Source: Ylistrum balloti
Taxonomy: Eukaryota
Assembly: GCF_031769215.1 (NCBI RefSeq)
Contig: NW_026782001.1
Coordinates: 62,001 to 126,000, forward strand
Reading direction: 5' to 3'
Length of the DNA stretch: 64,000 nucleotides
Position numbers and translations under genes: made by a program. This document shows, piece by piece, positions 48,501 through 61,700 of the stretch. The notes beneath the pieces are model-generated. The model was given only the letters and a program-made list of their open reading frames with translations. It was not told the DNA's origin and did not search any database. The stretch's first letter is position 1. Each line of letters starts with the position of its first letter.

Positions 48501-51500
48501 TCACCTGTCGGTACAATCAATATCATAATAAAGGAAAAACTAGGGAATATCCATGTACATCTTTTTATGTCTGTTCATTAGACCACTACACATACAGAAA
48601 AACTCATTACTGCAAATTACTAGGACTGATTTTTATCACCTCCAAAATACCTTCATTTTTCATGACAACTTAATGGTTTTGTAGGCTAAAGAACCAGACT
48701 GTGTTGACAAACTGATGCACTGTATTAAACAAGCTGTGCCACTGTTTTCAGTAAGTATGACATACAAATTTACTATGGTCCTTATTGTCTATGTTTCTCC
48801 GTTTGATTTCAAAGATATACTCGATAGCATTTCAAGTATGACAATTTTGATATTACAAGGAATCAGAAAACAGGTTGTTTTGTATTGTCATATTCAAATA
48901 TAACAAATGGGAATCCCAAAATTAAGCATAAGTAATTATAACAATAAATAAGAGAAGGGATATGGCTATCAGGGTTCCTTGAAGTAAGTAAACCCAAAGT
49001 GTAGCAAGGATCAAGTATTTAAACTTAAAACTGAATTGAGAACTAAAAGATTGTAAAGATGTGACAATGTCTGACGTTAAAAAGATTGTGGAAGATTGTG
49101 CTAAAATAATCCTTGTGGAATTATTCAGATCTGGTAAATATCATCAATAAATATGCCAAATCCTTTATACTTTAATTTACATATCATCTTTTGATTTTCA
49201 GAAAAATGTACATTCAAAGGCTTTTGTTGGTTACATTTGTGATAATGTATTACCATCATTAGACGAACTTGCAAGTCCAGAGGAAGGAGTAGATGCTCAG
49301 CTAGAAATGTTGAAATTGTTTTCAGAGATTTCAGAATTTACTGGGGATCTGGAAAATTTAGAAGACCGAGTGACAAATGTATACAACTGTTTAATTGTAA
49401 GTGTTATTTGCACCCAAATTCATAGTGAAATTTACCTTTGTTTGGATTTTTGTGCAGCAATATTTGAGTGTGGAATTTATGCCTCACCCCTAGTCTTCAA
49501 TGCTGCTATATATCTCTGTTTATAAGGACTCACCCAAATTGCAAAAAATGTGTCCTGAACCCTCCTGAAAAAAATCATAAAAAAATATCTGACCCTCTCA
49601 TGAAGAAAACTTGTTTTGTTCATTGGTAGATATATTACATGTTTATTAGTGAAAAAAGTCAACAAGTATTCAAATTTTGATTTAATAAAAGACAAACATA
49701 CATCGGAAAATGGCTTGTTGTTCAATGTCTATGAACTGAGTAGGTTTATGATTTAGCTCTGTATTATTCATTTTTAGAATTACATGCCTGTACCTCCAGC
49801 GGAAGAAAACGATGGACTTTCAGTGAACGAACAACCAAAATTCCATTTCTCTTTTGTGGAGTGTTTAATGTTTGCTTTCCATCAAATTGCAAGAAAATTA
49901 CCAGGCTTTCTAATAGATGATGCTAATGCTGAGAGATTAAAGGATTTCAAATTAAGGTATTAATCAAATATATATTCAATATACCTGTACTACTTCAAAT
50001 TTGTAACTATGGAACAAAATCATTACTAACCTGTATATTTTCATTGTACGAGTATTTACACCATATTTCAAGTTGTAGCATTATGACACAACGTTTCTGT
50101 GTTGTAACTTCCTTTTAAATGTTAAGTTGTAAGTACTTATTTTTTTATGTCCCCCAACTTATATTGTGTTTGCTCCATTTCTTATTATTATTATTTATAT
50201 TATTCTTATTTCTTCCTCTTTCCTCCGCCGGTGAGGTTTCCGACGCGTTTCTCAAAAGCTATTGCTTGGAATTTAACAAAACTTCACATACATATTCATA
50301 CATGCGAGGCGGAGTGCAGGCCCCTTGAATTTTTCCAATCGGTCATCTGAGTGGCCAGCTGTGGTCAAAATTTGGCCAAATTATAGATATTGTCCGGTTT
50401 TCATGAAAATTGGTATACATGTATTAGGTGGCACTAGGAGCAAAATGGCATAGTCCATTTTTCATTTGGCCATCGATCGGTCAGCTGTGGTCAAAATTTG
50501 ACCAAATTTTAGGTATTGTCCGGTTTTCATGAAAATTGGTATACATGTATTAGGTGGCACTAGGAGCAAAATGGCATAGTCCATTTTTCATTCGGCCATC
50601 GATCGGTCAGCTGTGGTCAAAATTTGACCAAATTTTAGATATTGTCCGGTTTTCATGAAAATTGGTATACATGTATTAGGTGGCACTAGGAGCAAAATGG
50701 CATAGTCCATTTTTCATTCGGCCATCGATCGGTCAGCTGTGGTCAAAATTTGACCAAATTTTAGATATTGTCCGGTTTTCATGAAAATTGGTATACATGT
50801 ATTAGGTGGCACTAGGAGCAAAATGGCATAGTCCATTTTTCATTCGGCCATCGATCGGTCAGCTGTGGTCAAAATTTGGCCAAATTTTAGATATTGTCCG
50901 ATTTTCGTGAAAATTGGTATATATGTATTAGGTGGCACTGGCGGAGGATAATGGCATAGTCCATGTTTGGCATGACTGCAGGTCTGATTATTTTTATCAT
51001 TTACTGCTGAAGGGGTCATTTTGGGGACATTTGTAATGGTCCTCATTACAATTAGTACTTATTACAAAGTGATTTAAACATCAAAATCATATTGGAAGTA
51101 AAGATCTTTTGGCGTTGTTGACTGGTTACTAGTGTTTTGTGAGATTTGGGTGTTTCATAGAGGTCCCAATATCTGCCTGTTTTGCCTAAACAGTTTTATT
51201 TCATAAAGAATTATATCGGAACTGAGAATTCTTAAATACCAGCAGTAAAGGGACTATGTTGTTTTATGAATACAGTTAGGTACTCCTTATGTCTTAACAG
51301 ATTCAGATTTAAGATTGGATAAACATTTCCGTTATTACTTACAGATTACAGTATTTTGCTCGAGGTGTACAGGTATATATCAAACAACTACGACAAGCAC
51401 TTCAGGGGAAGTCTGGTGATGTGTTAAAAACTGACGAGGTAAGTATTGATGCTACACACCTGTCGTCTTCTCTGTAACAGGTCTTGGTGATGTTTACATA

Positions 51501-54202
51501 CCTTGTTTGTGAAATCTTCACTCATGTGATCATATTTGTGATTGTAAGCCATATACTAGTATTTTAGCAGCAATAGCACCAATTTTACAATATATAGTGA
51601 TCAAGTTTGTGGTTTGATCACTACTCAGGGCAGTTTATGTTTCTTAGGAAACTGAGTTCTAGGTAGGTACTGCAGTTGCTCTGAATAGCTTGTGACAGGC
51701 CTCCTGTTTGTGCAGTGAGGTAACCACCAGCTACCTCAAGGAGACTTCACCTGTGCTTAAAATGACTCTGTTTACAGGTTGATAAACCCAACAATCTTAT
51801 TGTGTTCTCTAAAAACTATTTCAAATGTACCATATTCAATTGTGTGAGAGCATTGCAATTATTTTTAATGAAATATGTGGGATTTTTTTATTGAAATGAA
51901 TGTTTCAACAAACATTATTAGTGTGAACTTTGTTATTGTAATATAATGCGTGAATCCATTATTTTAGAATTAAAACAAATAAAAACTTTACATTTGTTTT
52001 AGTTTTGACATGTATTAGAGTAGATTAGAAATAACATTTTAACGAGGTTTATTTATAGCACTGTGTTGTATTTGTGATTTATGACTTCTGTAATTGATTT
52101 AATGTGTATTTACTATTCCAGAACAAAATCAAGGTTGTAGCTCTCAAGATCACCTCTAACATCAACACATTAATTAAAGACTTGTTCCACAGCCCCCCAT
52201 CATACAAGGCCATAATGACTCTCTCCTGGAAACCTCTAGTGGTGAGTATTGCTGCCCAGGCCAACATAATGCAGACAACTTGTCTGCATTTTTGCTGTTG
52301 GTGTGATTTACTCTTAACAAAATAAAAAAAATATGTGAAATTTGGTTTATAGACTAACATACTGTAAGTCTCTTAATGTCAGCTAGATGATGAAGAATCA
52401 AATTCAGTTTGGGAAATGGATTTCTATCCATCTGATATCTATGCACTAGTATAAATACCTACTACTGAGCTACGACTTTCACATTACTTTTTGTATGTGC
52501 TGAAAAACCGCTTCCCTAATTCACGAAGTTTCTGTTACACCCATTTACTGGGGTAAACATATAATATTTCCCATATATGGCTTTATTGTTAAATTGGGCT
52601 TACTCTGATCTCTGCAAGCTATAATGGAAAGTGATATGCATGCATTAAATATTGAGGATGCTTTTTGTTTAGTAGAAACCAGTTAATCATTCTTTGATGA
52701 AATTTGAAAGTAAGATGAAAATGAAAAAGTATCTGTATCAAAGAACTGATGTGTTGAGAAATAAATGTAAGAGTGTTAGTGAATTGTGATGAAAGATCTA
52801 TTCTGATTTTGAATGGCTTTTACTAAAGCTTGTGTTTGGTATCAGTGTCAAACTGTATGAAATAAACTTGAAGCAAATGAATGTGAATGAAATGTGAATT
52901 TCCAGAGACAGTCACCAGCGACGGCAACAGCTACAGACTCCAGTGCCACAGCCGCAGGGTATGTACCAGTTGCTTCCTTTTTCAGGAGTATTACCTTGAT
53001 AATGTGTTAGATGTGGTTGAATTTGGAGAGAAAAAGATCAAGGTCATATCTTCTGATACTAAATTGCTTTGAACAATAATGATCAGTTCACCAAGGTAAT
53101 CATTTGTCACACGATTTGTACATTGACTACAATTTATCCAAACAATATTTCCTTGATAAGTAAGATATATTCATAGATACTATCATAGGTTAGTTATATG
53201 TATGGAAGAAAGATTAAGCTTAAGCTTACAAACTAGATTATTTTTGGTATTGTCATAAAAAAATTCACATTTTGATACCTTATGTGATTGTTGACAACAT
53301 ATGTCCCAGTAGAATTATTGATACACTTAATTAGGAGATAATCAATATTCTGACATTAATTTGTACATCATTTCTATTTGTAAATGTTTCATTATTTCCT
53401 TTGGGGAAAGGGAACCACTCATTTCTATATTGTTTTTCTCTATATATTATTTATCATTTACTTATTTCATGTACAACAAAGCCAGCATTTTCCATTTTTT
53501 TTCCATTTTTCTTTTTTATTGGTTTCGTATCAAGACATTGTTCTTTTGTAATTGTACTTTGAGTCTTGATGAGAAGCCTATTCCTTCATACTTTTATAAT
53601 GCACATAACTACTAACTGGCATGTTGGTTATATTTCAGGCAAAAGAGAATCACCCCTATCACATTTGGCTCAGGAGACAAATCTGCTAAAAAAATATCAA
53701 AACAAGACAGGTCGTTGTACTCACCGCCGAGTGGAAAGTTTAGTCAGAGGGCTGGAGCGTTTAAGGAAATGACAGGAAACACACAGGGCTTTGGTAAATT
53801 GTTTAACTTGAAAACATGAATGTATTACAGATCTGAAAATTTATTGAAATTATGTCTTTTGAAGATCTGTTCGAGGGGTTTAGAAGGCTTTGTTGGTTTT
53901 AATTATAAATGGAGAAAAAATATAGCGATTTTCAAAATATGCCTTGGGTCCTGGACTCAGCTTGTCAGTATTTTGTAAAGATGCTCTGTGGTTTAGTAAA
54001 TGAACTTGTGAACATCTTGAAAGTGGTGTTCAGGACTGTACATTTCATTACATTTAAACATGGAGAAAACCCTCAAAGTATCAATCAGCATTGGTATCCA
54101 TAACATCTGTTCATATATATGGTTTTCATTGTGGCTTCAGGAGGACGTGGGCGTGGTCGAGGAGGGAGGCGAGGTCGGGGTGGAGGTTACAGACAGTACT
54201 GA
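45516..54202 (+). CDS. API5: Apoptosis inhibitor 5, 537 aa. Exons 45516-45584, 46077-46238, 46999-47164, 47311-47462, 48042-48182, 48685-48750, 49202-49396, 49778-49956, 51345-51438, 52122-52241, 52906-52958, 53639-53793, 54141-54202.
   Basis: MVTIEQLYKDFGVLADAKD..., EKRLASQFIVRFFKHFP, DLCEDDDV/IRKQAIKDLP, RLQYFARGVQVYIKQLR, NKIKVVALKITSNINTLIKDLFHSPPSYK, YSPPSGKF and an RGG-rich end all match API5. Twelve GT-AG introns with consistent phases; 1614 nt. Confidence 0.97.
47620..47860. repeat. 42-bp minisatellite, about 5 copies, in API5 intron 4
   Basis: GAAACTGGGACCTGTCTATAGAGACTGGTCAGTATTAAGG(T/C)A recurs at 47681, 47723 and following positions. Confidence 0.88.
50140..51065 (+). mobile_element. 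Helentron-associated non-autonomous element (HINE-like) carrying a 126-bp tandem array (about 5 copies), in API5 intron 8
   Basis: 5' ATGTCCCCCAA and 3' TTGGGGACAT inverted subterminal repeats, (TTA)n microsatellite near the 5' end, 3' hairpin TTGTAATG-GTCCT-CATTACAA, T-rich flanks; period 126 (CATCGATCGG at 50471, 50597, 50723). Confidence 0.75.
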
Positions 54203-56006
54203 CGTGCCATTCAAGGAAGTTAACCATCAACAAGAAAAGGATATTGTGGGATTTGGAAGCTATGTTATATTTATATTTGTTTTCATTTATGTTCATAAAA
54301 CATTGCTAGAAAGTAAGGTTAGTATGAGTAAATTAGAATGGATGTCTGAATGATGGCTAGTTTATAGGTTCTTCCAGGGAAAGTTAAGTATGGAAACTAG
54401 CCATCAAAAGAAATTTAGTTATGGTAGAACAGTTCAAAATTTAAATGGACACAAGGTTTTTTTATGAAATGGATTAATGGATTTCCAGAAAACTGGATTT
54501 TTAAAGTATATAGAGACAGGATATAACTTCATTTTACAGGTAAGTTGACTTGATATTTACTACTTTGATCATTTTTGGAATTAAATTACGTATATGTATT
54601 AATTATAGATATTGAACTGGATTTTTATTTATATAAAGTAACTGTTTTTAACCAAGGTTTAAGACTGTATGGAATGAGACATTGAGAGCACTGTATGTAA
54701 AGGTGAGTTATATAAGACTGAAGTAGCTGTTATGTCTTAAGGATTGTACATGTAAGTATATTAGGTTTGTCCTCTATGTAAGTTTGTCAGTGGTTTTGAC
54801 ATCAAAGTGTAAGGATTGTTGGCAGCTATTGAGCAATTATCATTGACACATAAAAGTGCTGCTGGCATTTTTGTTCATCCTAATGGTACAAGCTTCCAAA
54901 TCCCACATTTCTTGTCTGGTGGTTTCTGGCAGATGTTTGTATCCAGGAGCCATTTTTACCACAGGCCATATCTGTGACGAGGGAACAAAGATTGCTGAGG
55001 CTGCACTCTAACACTATGAAAGGGGAAACATCATGTATCTTGTTGGAAGCCTCTCCATATGGAATTGTGATACGATGGAGCATATCCGTAGCTCTGTTAT
55101 ATTTCTCAAAATACTTACAGACTAGTTAAAGATTATTCATTACATTTGTGTTTGTTTATGGTAAAGAATATGGCTTTTACCATATTTTTAAGATGAAGGA
55201 TATGGATGTCTCCATATTGTGGACACTTGTGATGTACCACTGACTGAAGATGATTTCAAATAACTCATTGGTTTTGAGAAGATGGATGTCAAATTTCCAT
55301 TTTCTTTCTTTTATTAAGAATTTATAGAATGTATATTTCCCTCAAGTGTAAGACAAATCTGATATAACTAGAATCTAGAGATATTGCGTAGGACTGTCAC
55401 AAAATGTTAAAGCTTTTGTTTTACAAGCATATCTCTTTACTGTCCATTAAATGATACTTCATTTTTTTCTCCATGACTCCATTTTCAATGGATTATTAAT
55501 TTCTTTTTTTTTTCTTGCTTCTGACAAAATTTTCAACTGAATTTTAGTGGCACATATATTAATGGTTTGCTATACATAACTCATAACAGCTTGAAAAGAC
55601 AATTTCATGTGATCATTGTCATGTTTTACACTGTACTGTCATTGACTTGGTGTTTATGGTATACTATAATCGAACAGTTAGCATAGCACTGTTTAATTGA
55701 TAATTCATTCACATTACAATCCATCATATGTCATATCACTGTAGGTTTGAAGGATAGTTCTACATGTAAATGACAAGGTTTCAAAAACTAGTTCTCATTT
55801 TCCTGCTGTAGCAGAGATGACATGTATTTTGAAAATAAAAGTGATTTTTTAATCTGTATCATTGTTATGAATGTAATGTATCGGTTCGCTGTAGCGTTGG
55901 TTACCGAAATAAGAATCAAAGTAAAACTATCGCCAATGTTACTCTAATATTCCATGTAGAGGAACCATACTACATCTGATTTCTATCCTACATATATGTA
56001 AAGGTT

Positions 56007-56250
56007 GGGTGGTCGGGTGGCGCAGTGTTAACGCACTCGCCTTTCACCTAGCCGACCGGGGTTCGATTCCCGGAACGGACGTGAAAAGGTAAGGGGTCAC
56101 CTGTCCGACCGCGTGGGTTTTCCCCGGGTACTCCGGCCTTTCCTCCCACAATAAGGCCCCTCGCGCGCTTACATCCGGGCCAACAAGAGTGATTAGTATA
56201 AGTTTAAATAACTTGTTTCGCAATTGTTGTAAAACAAATAAAGTTTATAT
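56007..56250 (+). mobile_element. tRNA-derived SINE with a conserved central domain (Deu/Nin/Meta-type; class not determined)
   Basis: A box TGGCGCAGTGT, B box GGTTCGATTCC, central GTGGGTTTTCCCCGGGTACTCCGG..TTTCCTCCCACA, AATAAAG tail, 8-bp direct repeat TAAAGGTT at 55999-56006 and 56251-56258. Confidence 0.82.
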
Positions 56251-56258
56251 TAAAGGTT

Positions 56259-56465
56259 TTAACAAATCTGACCCCTGTGACCTTGAATATACGTCAAGAT
56301 TATTTCTTTTCGCAAATTTTGTCAGGTTTTATCCTAGGATCATTCCAGCCAAATATCAAATCATTTGGTCAATTGGTCCATAGGTTGTTTAAAGAAAAAA
56401 TGTTGATGACGAAAACCGCACCACAGCATAAGTCATTTGGCCCTTCAGGCCAGGTGAGCTAAAAA
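56259..56465 (+). mobile_element. 3' end remnant of a HINE-like element related to the 18.4-19.0 kb array
   Basis: GACCCCTGTGACCTTGA core and terminal GGCCCTTCAGGCC hairpin followed by AGGTGAGCTAAAAA. Confidence 0.5.
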
Positions 56466-57128
56466 CAGCTTCATTTTATGGAGGTAATGGTACAAGGATC
56501 GACAGCATGGTCAAGACCTGTAGGATTAGACCTTTAGACAAAGAAAAAAACAGACAAAACCATACAATATGTGCCGTCGATAATTTGACTGGTACATGTA
56601 TCTAACAATTGGATTTGGCTTGATGATTACTTAGGTAATTAATAATATAACACGTGTCTTTGTATAGAATACAATTTATTTTTACTATAAATGATTTTAT
56701 AAATGCATGATCATGGACGGAGGAAGCTGTTATTGTAAAAATCATACACAACCGGTAATTTACATAGACAAAATAGTGTATCAGGTATTCACTGTACACC
56801 AGCTTATCAACCACACGTCTTTACATCAGCATGATCGAAAACAAAAATGTCAAAACATGGGCAGTATTCTAAATTACTTTCATAACATCCAAGTAACTCA
56901 GTTTTTAATTTACTTTACCAAATTCATTGAAAGCGTAGGTCAATGGATGTAACTTCTGCACTCAGGAAAATTCCACACAGGTTTTCCTGTTTACAGTCTT
57001 AGGTTTGAGTGCTTGCTTTGATTGATTAACTTAACGTTAAAAACAAGCAGTGTACATAGAGTGTCAAGTTTACAAATCCAATCTTCATCAGACTCAACAT
57101 CAAATGGTAAACAATGAGCACTCCAATA

Positions 57129-57400
57129 CATACAGGAATTCAGTAAATACTGCTCTATATATATATATACAGGAATTCTGTTAATACTGCTATATATATA
57201 TATACAGGAATTCAGTAAATACTGCTATATATATATACACATACAGGAATTCAGTAAATACTGCTCTATAGATATATATATATATATATATATACAGGAA
57301 TTCAGTAAATACTGCTATATATATATACACATACAGGAATTCAGTAAATACTGCTATATATATATATACAGGAATTCCGTTAATACTGCTATATATATAT
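57129..57400. repeat. Composite minisatellite: ATACAGGAATTCAGTAAATACTGCT plus variable (AT)n, 7 copies
   Basis: CAGGAATT recurs 7 times, separated by (TA)n tracts of different length. Confidence 0.9.
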
Positions 57401-58747
57401 ATAACAGTGGCACAAACTAAATAAAGAATCATATTACCTCGATCACTTCATCACCATTATTACAACAGTTAATAATATCAACTAAGCTTCATTCTGACGA
57501 AAATGTGCAAATCATTGTGTAGTCGTCTAGAAGTACATGGAATGTTTGTCCACTTTATCACAGAAATCTATTGGTACAGGTTATTACCTAGTCAAGGGAG
57601 ACAACACAACTGTGGACAACTTGTCTTGTATAACTTGGTGTGTATGTGACAAACAGATTAAAAGTAGGTTAATATTTTTTGTATGTCTATGCTGTATAAC
57701 TATAAATCATTTGTATTAAAATTTTGTGGAAAAACAGCACGCCAAAATACACCAAATATTTCATCCTCCCTAACTTCTTTGCAATAAGAGCTTGCTGCAG
57801 TTGCATAGGTAATTAAGCTGTTTGAATTTGATAATCAGGGAAGAAAATATGATATTTAAAATGTCAATAGAATTATTGAACAATATCCCACAGTGAATGA
57901 ATTCACACTTTGATAGACTTTGATAGCACAGGTAGCAACATAAAAAAAACTGAGATTTTAAACTATCAAAGTCAATACATATATATACAAAACTAAACAC
58001 CGACATTTTCTATGATACAATATACTCTCAAATTTACTTTCAATCCTGACTCACTCAACACTGTTATGTATAAAAATATAGTTACTCTTGACATTCATTC
58101 CCTCATACATGAAGATTTTTGTGAGTTTCTCTCGTACAGTATTAAATATCCGTCTTACAAGAGATCTTTTAAAACATTTTTATTCCGTCAATGTACACAG
58201 TCTAACATTCTTTCTTACATTCTGGTATACAGTGTTTCTAAGGAAATGCAAAGATTCAATTTTCAGTCTAATAGAACTAGCCTATGATACAACTCCAACT
58301 AAAAACTTTTAATCTTAAAAGGATTAATACAATTTTGAATAACATTCATTCACACTTATTCATACACAAATATCATACATTAATCACATTTCAATAAATA
58401 TCCCTTCTCATATAAACATCTCTAGTCATCCCTTCTCCACACCAAGGCCAACAAAGAAACCGTACTTTTACTGTTTCCTCAATATCTATAAATGCTTATA
58501 ATTAATCCTCTTTATGATACTGTTGATCAATATCTCCATATTTAGATAATGCTTGCTCTTTTGTTTCTATAGCAAATATAGCATCTGTACTATTGAAAAG
58601 AATTACTTAAAACAGAACATCAGAAAACATGTAATCTTGGATCTTCAAAATAAAATTTTTTGTTCTTTAAAAATTGACACGTTTACATTATCTTCCACAC
58701 CAATGAGTTATTTACTAGGTAAGTGTTCAACATAAATTAAAACAATG

Positions 58748-61700
58748 CTATAACATAATTTTGACCAGGCACAGTAGTGTGGTCAGTAACACACTGCTGC
58801 TGACTGTCTGCTGACCAGCAGACTGAAGGAAGGGGTAGAAGAAATCATATGGCAGTTTGGCGAGGAAGATAGGTGGTTCTCCTACGTAGCCAGTGCTAGG
58901 CTTTGATACATCTATAAATGTCACTGATTGGCTGATCTCCACGGACTGGGTGAGGGCAGAGCTTCCAGGAGAACAAAACACGCCAATACACTGAAATCAA
59001 AGACCAGATTGGACCACAATTAGAGAAAAAAGTTTTATGATCTACAGAAGTCTAACTAATGTTTTCTCTTCAAAAATCAAATGATCAACTGATCAACCAT
59101 GTTTACATGCATTTTAAATTAATCCCAAAAAATGCAGGTTTTCTCAGAAATTTCCATAACATTGAATTTGAGACAATAACATAGCAAAAACCTAACATTT
59201 AGAGTAAAATATTCTATCAAGTTGCCTATGAAAATGTATTTAGGAGAGTTTTGAGTCTCTGTTGAAAACGTTGACCAACCAATTCAAAACATGGTTATTT
59301 TTAAATCTGATTTTTTAATCTCTACTTTGACAAGAATTAAGGAAAGATCTAGACCCATCACCTTATTCCTAACCTTTGTTGTATGTAATATGTGATATTC
59401 TTGAATTATGTCTCAATAGAGTAGTATTTAGTACTGTACCTTGAAAAGAATTTGAATGGACAGTATTTTTTAAAATGTTCATAACAATAAAGTGGAAAAT
59501 TTACTTTAGCCAGAGGATTTTTATATACTTACCCTGAATGTAACAAGCTGTGGATCTTCATAATTAAACTGAACACCAAGAATTTTCCTTTGTGGGTTGA
59601 CCAGTGCTCCAATGTTTGCGTAAAGAATCTGGACATGCATGCCAGTTGTCACAGAACAGGTCGGTCCAGTCATGGAACTGATCACCTACAAAACAGATGT
59701 ATTGCAAAAAACAACATGTCAGACTATTACTGAATGTGTAACATATAACAACAGTAAACTATTTCTACGTCAATGTTGTACCATCTAGTATTTGTTTAGG
59801 AGAACATGAAAGGTAAAATAACACACCAGGACCAACAAACAGTAATGCAATAATTGTATTATCATATATACAGTAACATATTTCTGGATTTATCTAAATA
59901 ATAAGCCCATACTTGTATTGAGCCCTTGATATCTCTTTGCTGTTTAGTATAAATAACAAAAAATTTGATTCAATTGTTCTGTGATAAACCTGCCCTGAGG
60001 TACACACATTAAGTCAGAATGACAGCCGCCAGGGTTTAGAGCAAAATAAATTCAAGAATATACATAGTCAAGCCAGTTTTGTATAAGATATACATTGCCT
60101 AGTCAGCACTGTATAAGACATACATAGCCTAGTCAGTACTGTATAAGATATACATTGCCTAGTCAGTACTGTATAAGATATACACAGTCTAGCCAGTACT
60201 GTATAAGATATACAGTCTAGTCAGTACTGTATAAGATATACATAGTCTAGTCAGTACTGTATAAGATATACATAGTCTAGTCAGTGCTGTATAAGATATA
60301 CATAGTCTAGTCAGTACTGTATATGATATACATAGTCTAGTCAGTACTGTATAAGATATACACTGCGTAGTCAGTACTGTATAAGATATACATAGTCTAG
60401 TCAGTACTGTATAAGACATACATAGTCTAGTCAGTACTGTATAAGACATACATTGTCTAGTCAGTACTGTATAAGATATACATAGTCTAGCCAGTACTGT
60501 ATAAGATATATATAGTCTAGCCAGTACTGTATAAGATATACATAGTCTAGTCAGTACTGTATAAGACATACATAGTCTAGTCAGTACAGTATAAGATATA
60601 CATAGTCTAGCCAGTCTAGTCAGTACTGTATATGATATACACAGTCTAGTCAGTACTGTATAAGACATACACAGTCTAGTCAGTACTGTATAAGATATAC
60701 ATAGTCTAGTCAGTACTGTATAAGATATACACAGTCTAGTCAGTACTGTATAAGATAGATATACATAGTCTAGCCAGTACTGTATAAGATATTACCTGTG
60801 CTGCAGTAGGTGCATTCCTGATGATAGGTACCCAATCACCAGTGACTAGAGGGTCAGAGTTACCAAATATAGCCACAGATCTGTTACCAGGGTCATAAGT
60901 TACTCCGTCTAAACCCTCCAATGCATTGATTATCTGTTGTTCAATGGCAGTACAATACTCTGTCACATTTTCATAGTTGAATCTGACAAGAAGACAAAAC
61001 AAGTGTTACTTGCTTTCGAAATTTAACTTTTTAAAAAGAGAATTACTTCCCACATTTTTGCACTGCAGACCCATTGCTTTTTCATATTCTTGTTGTAAAA
61101 TCCTTAAAAACAGTTATTCAAATATGTAAGCAAAACGTGATATTGATTTTTGTCTCTACTCCAGATATCGGCATGGTTTTCTACACAAAATAAGAGATAC
61201 TATATTTACTGTTACATAAAATGTTTCATTTTACAAATCTTTGCCACTATTTACCCTCTCACTTGGTGGCAAATGCAACCACAGCATTAGACATTGTAAC
61301 ATAATACCTGGAAATACATTACATGATAGTAAAGAGAAACAAGATTCAAATTTGAATCCCCTGTGATGGTCACACAGCTGTAACCATGATTACCTTATCA
61401 GACAACCTGTCCTTACATCTTCTCCAAAGTTCACCTGAAGTCTGTTGGCTGAGCCAGTAGCACAGTCACCAGAGCCTGTTGACTTGACGAGGGTGAGGTC
61501 ATATAAACTCTCCGATATGGCAAAACTTAAAGAGAAAAATATATTTTGGTATTGTATTTATTTATAGTTACAATCAAGAATGAAATGTTTTGGTCCTAGT
61601 TTGTTATGGTTTAAGTGTACAAAAAACAAGGGGGATAACTGACTGTAAACTTTGTGTTCTGCTCTCAGTTACTATTTACTTAGTTTTATTAATAAAATAT

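Noticed and set aside
56007-56080. tRNA gene
   Set aside because: Has A/B boxes but no closing acceptor stem, and continues into a SINE body with a target duplication.
60189-60668. 159-aa ORF with SYTVLTRLCI repeats as a gene
   Set aside because: Minisatellite inside a tectonic intron; no start or splice context.
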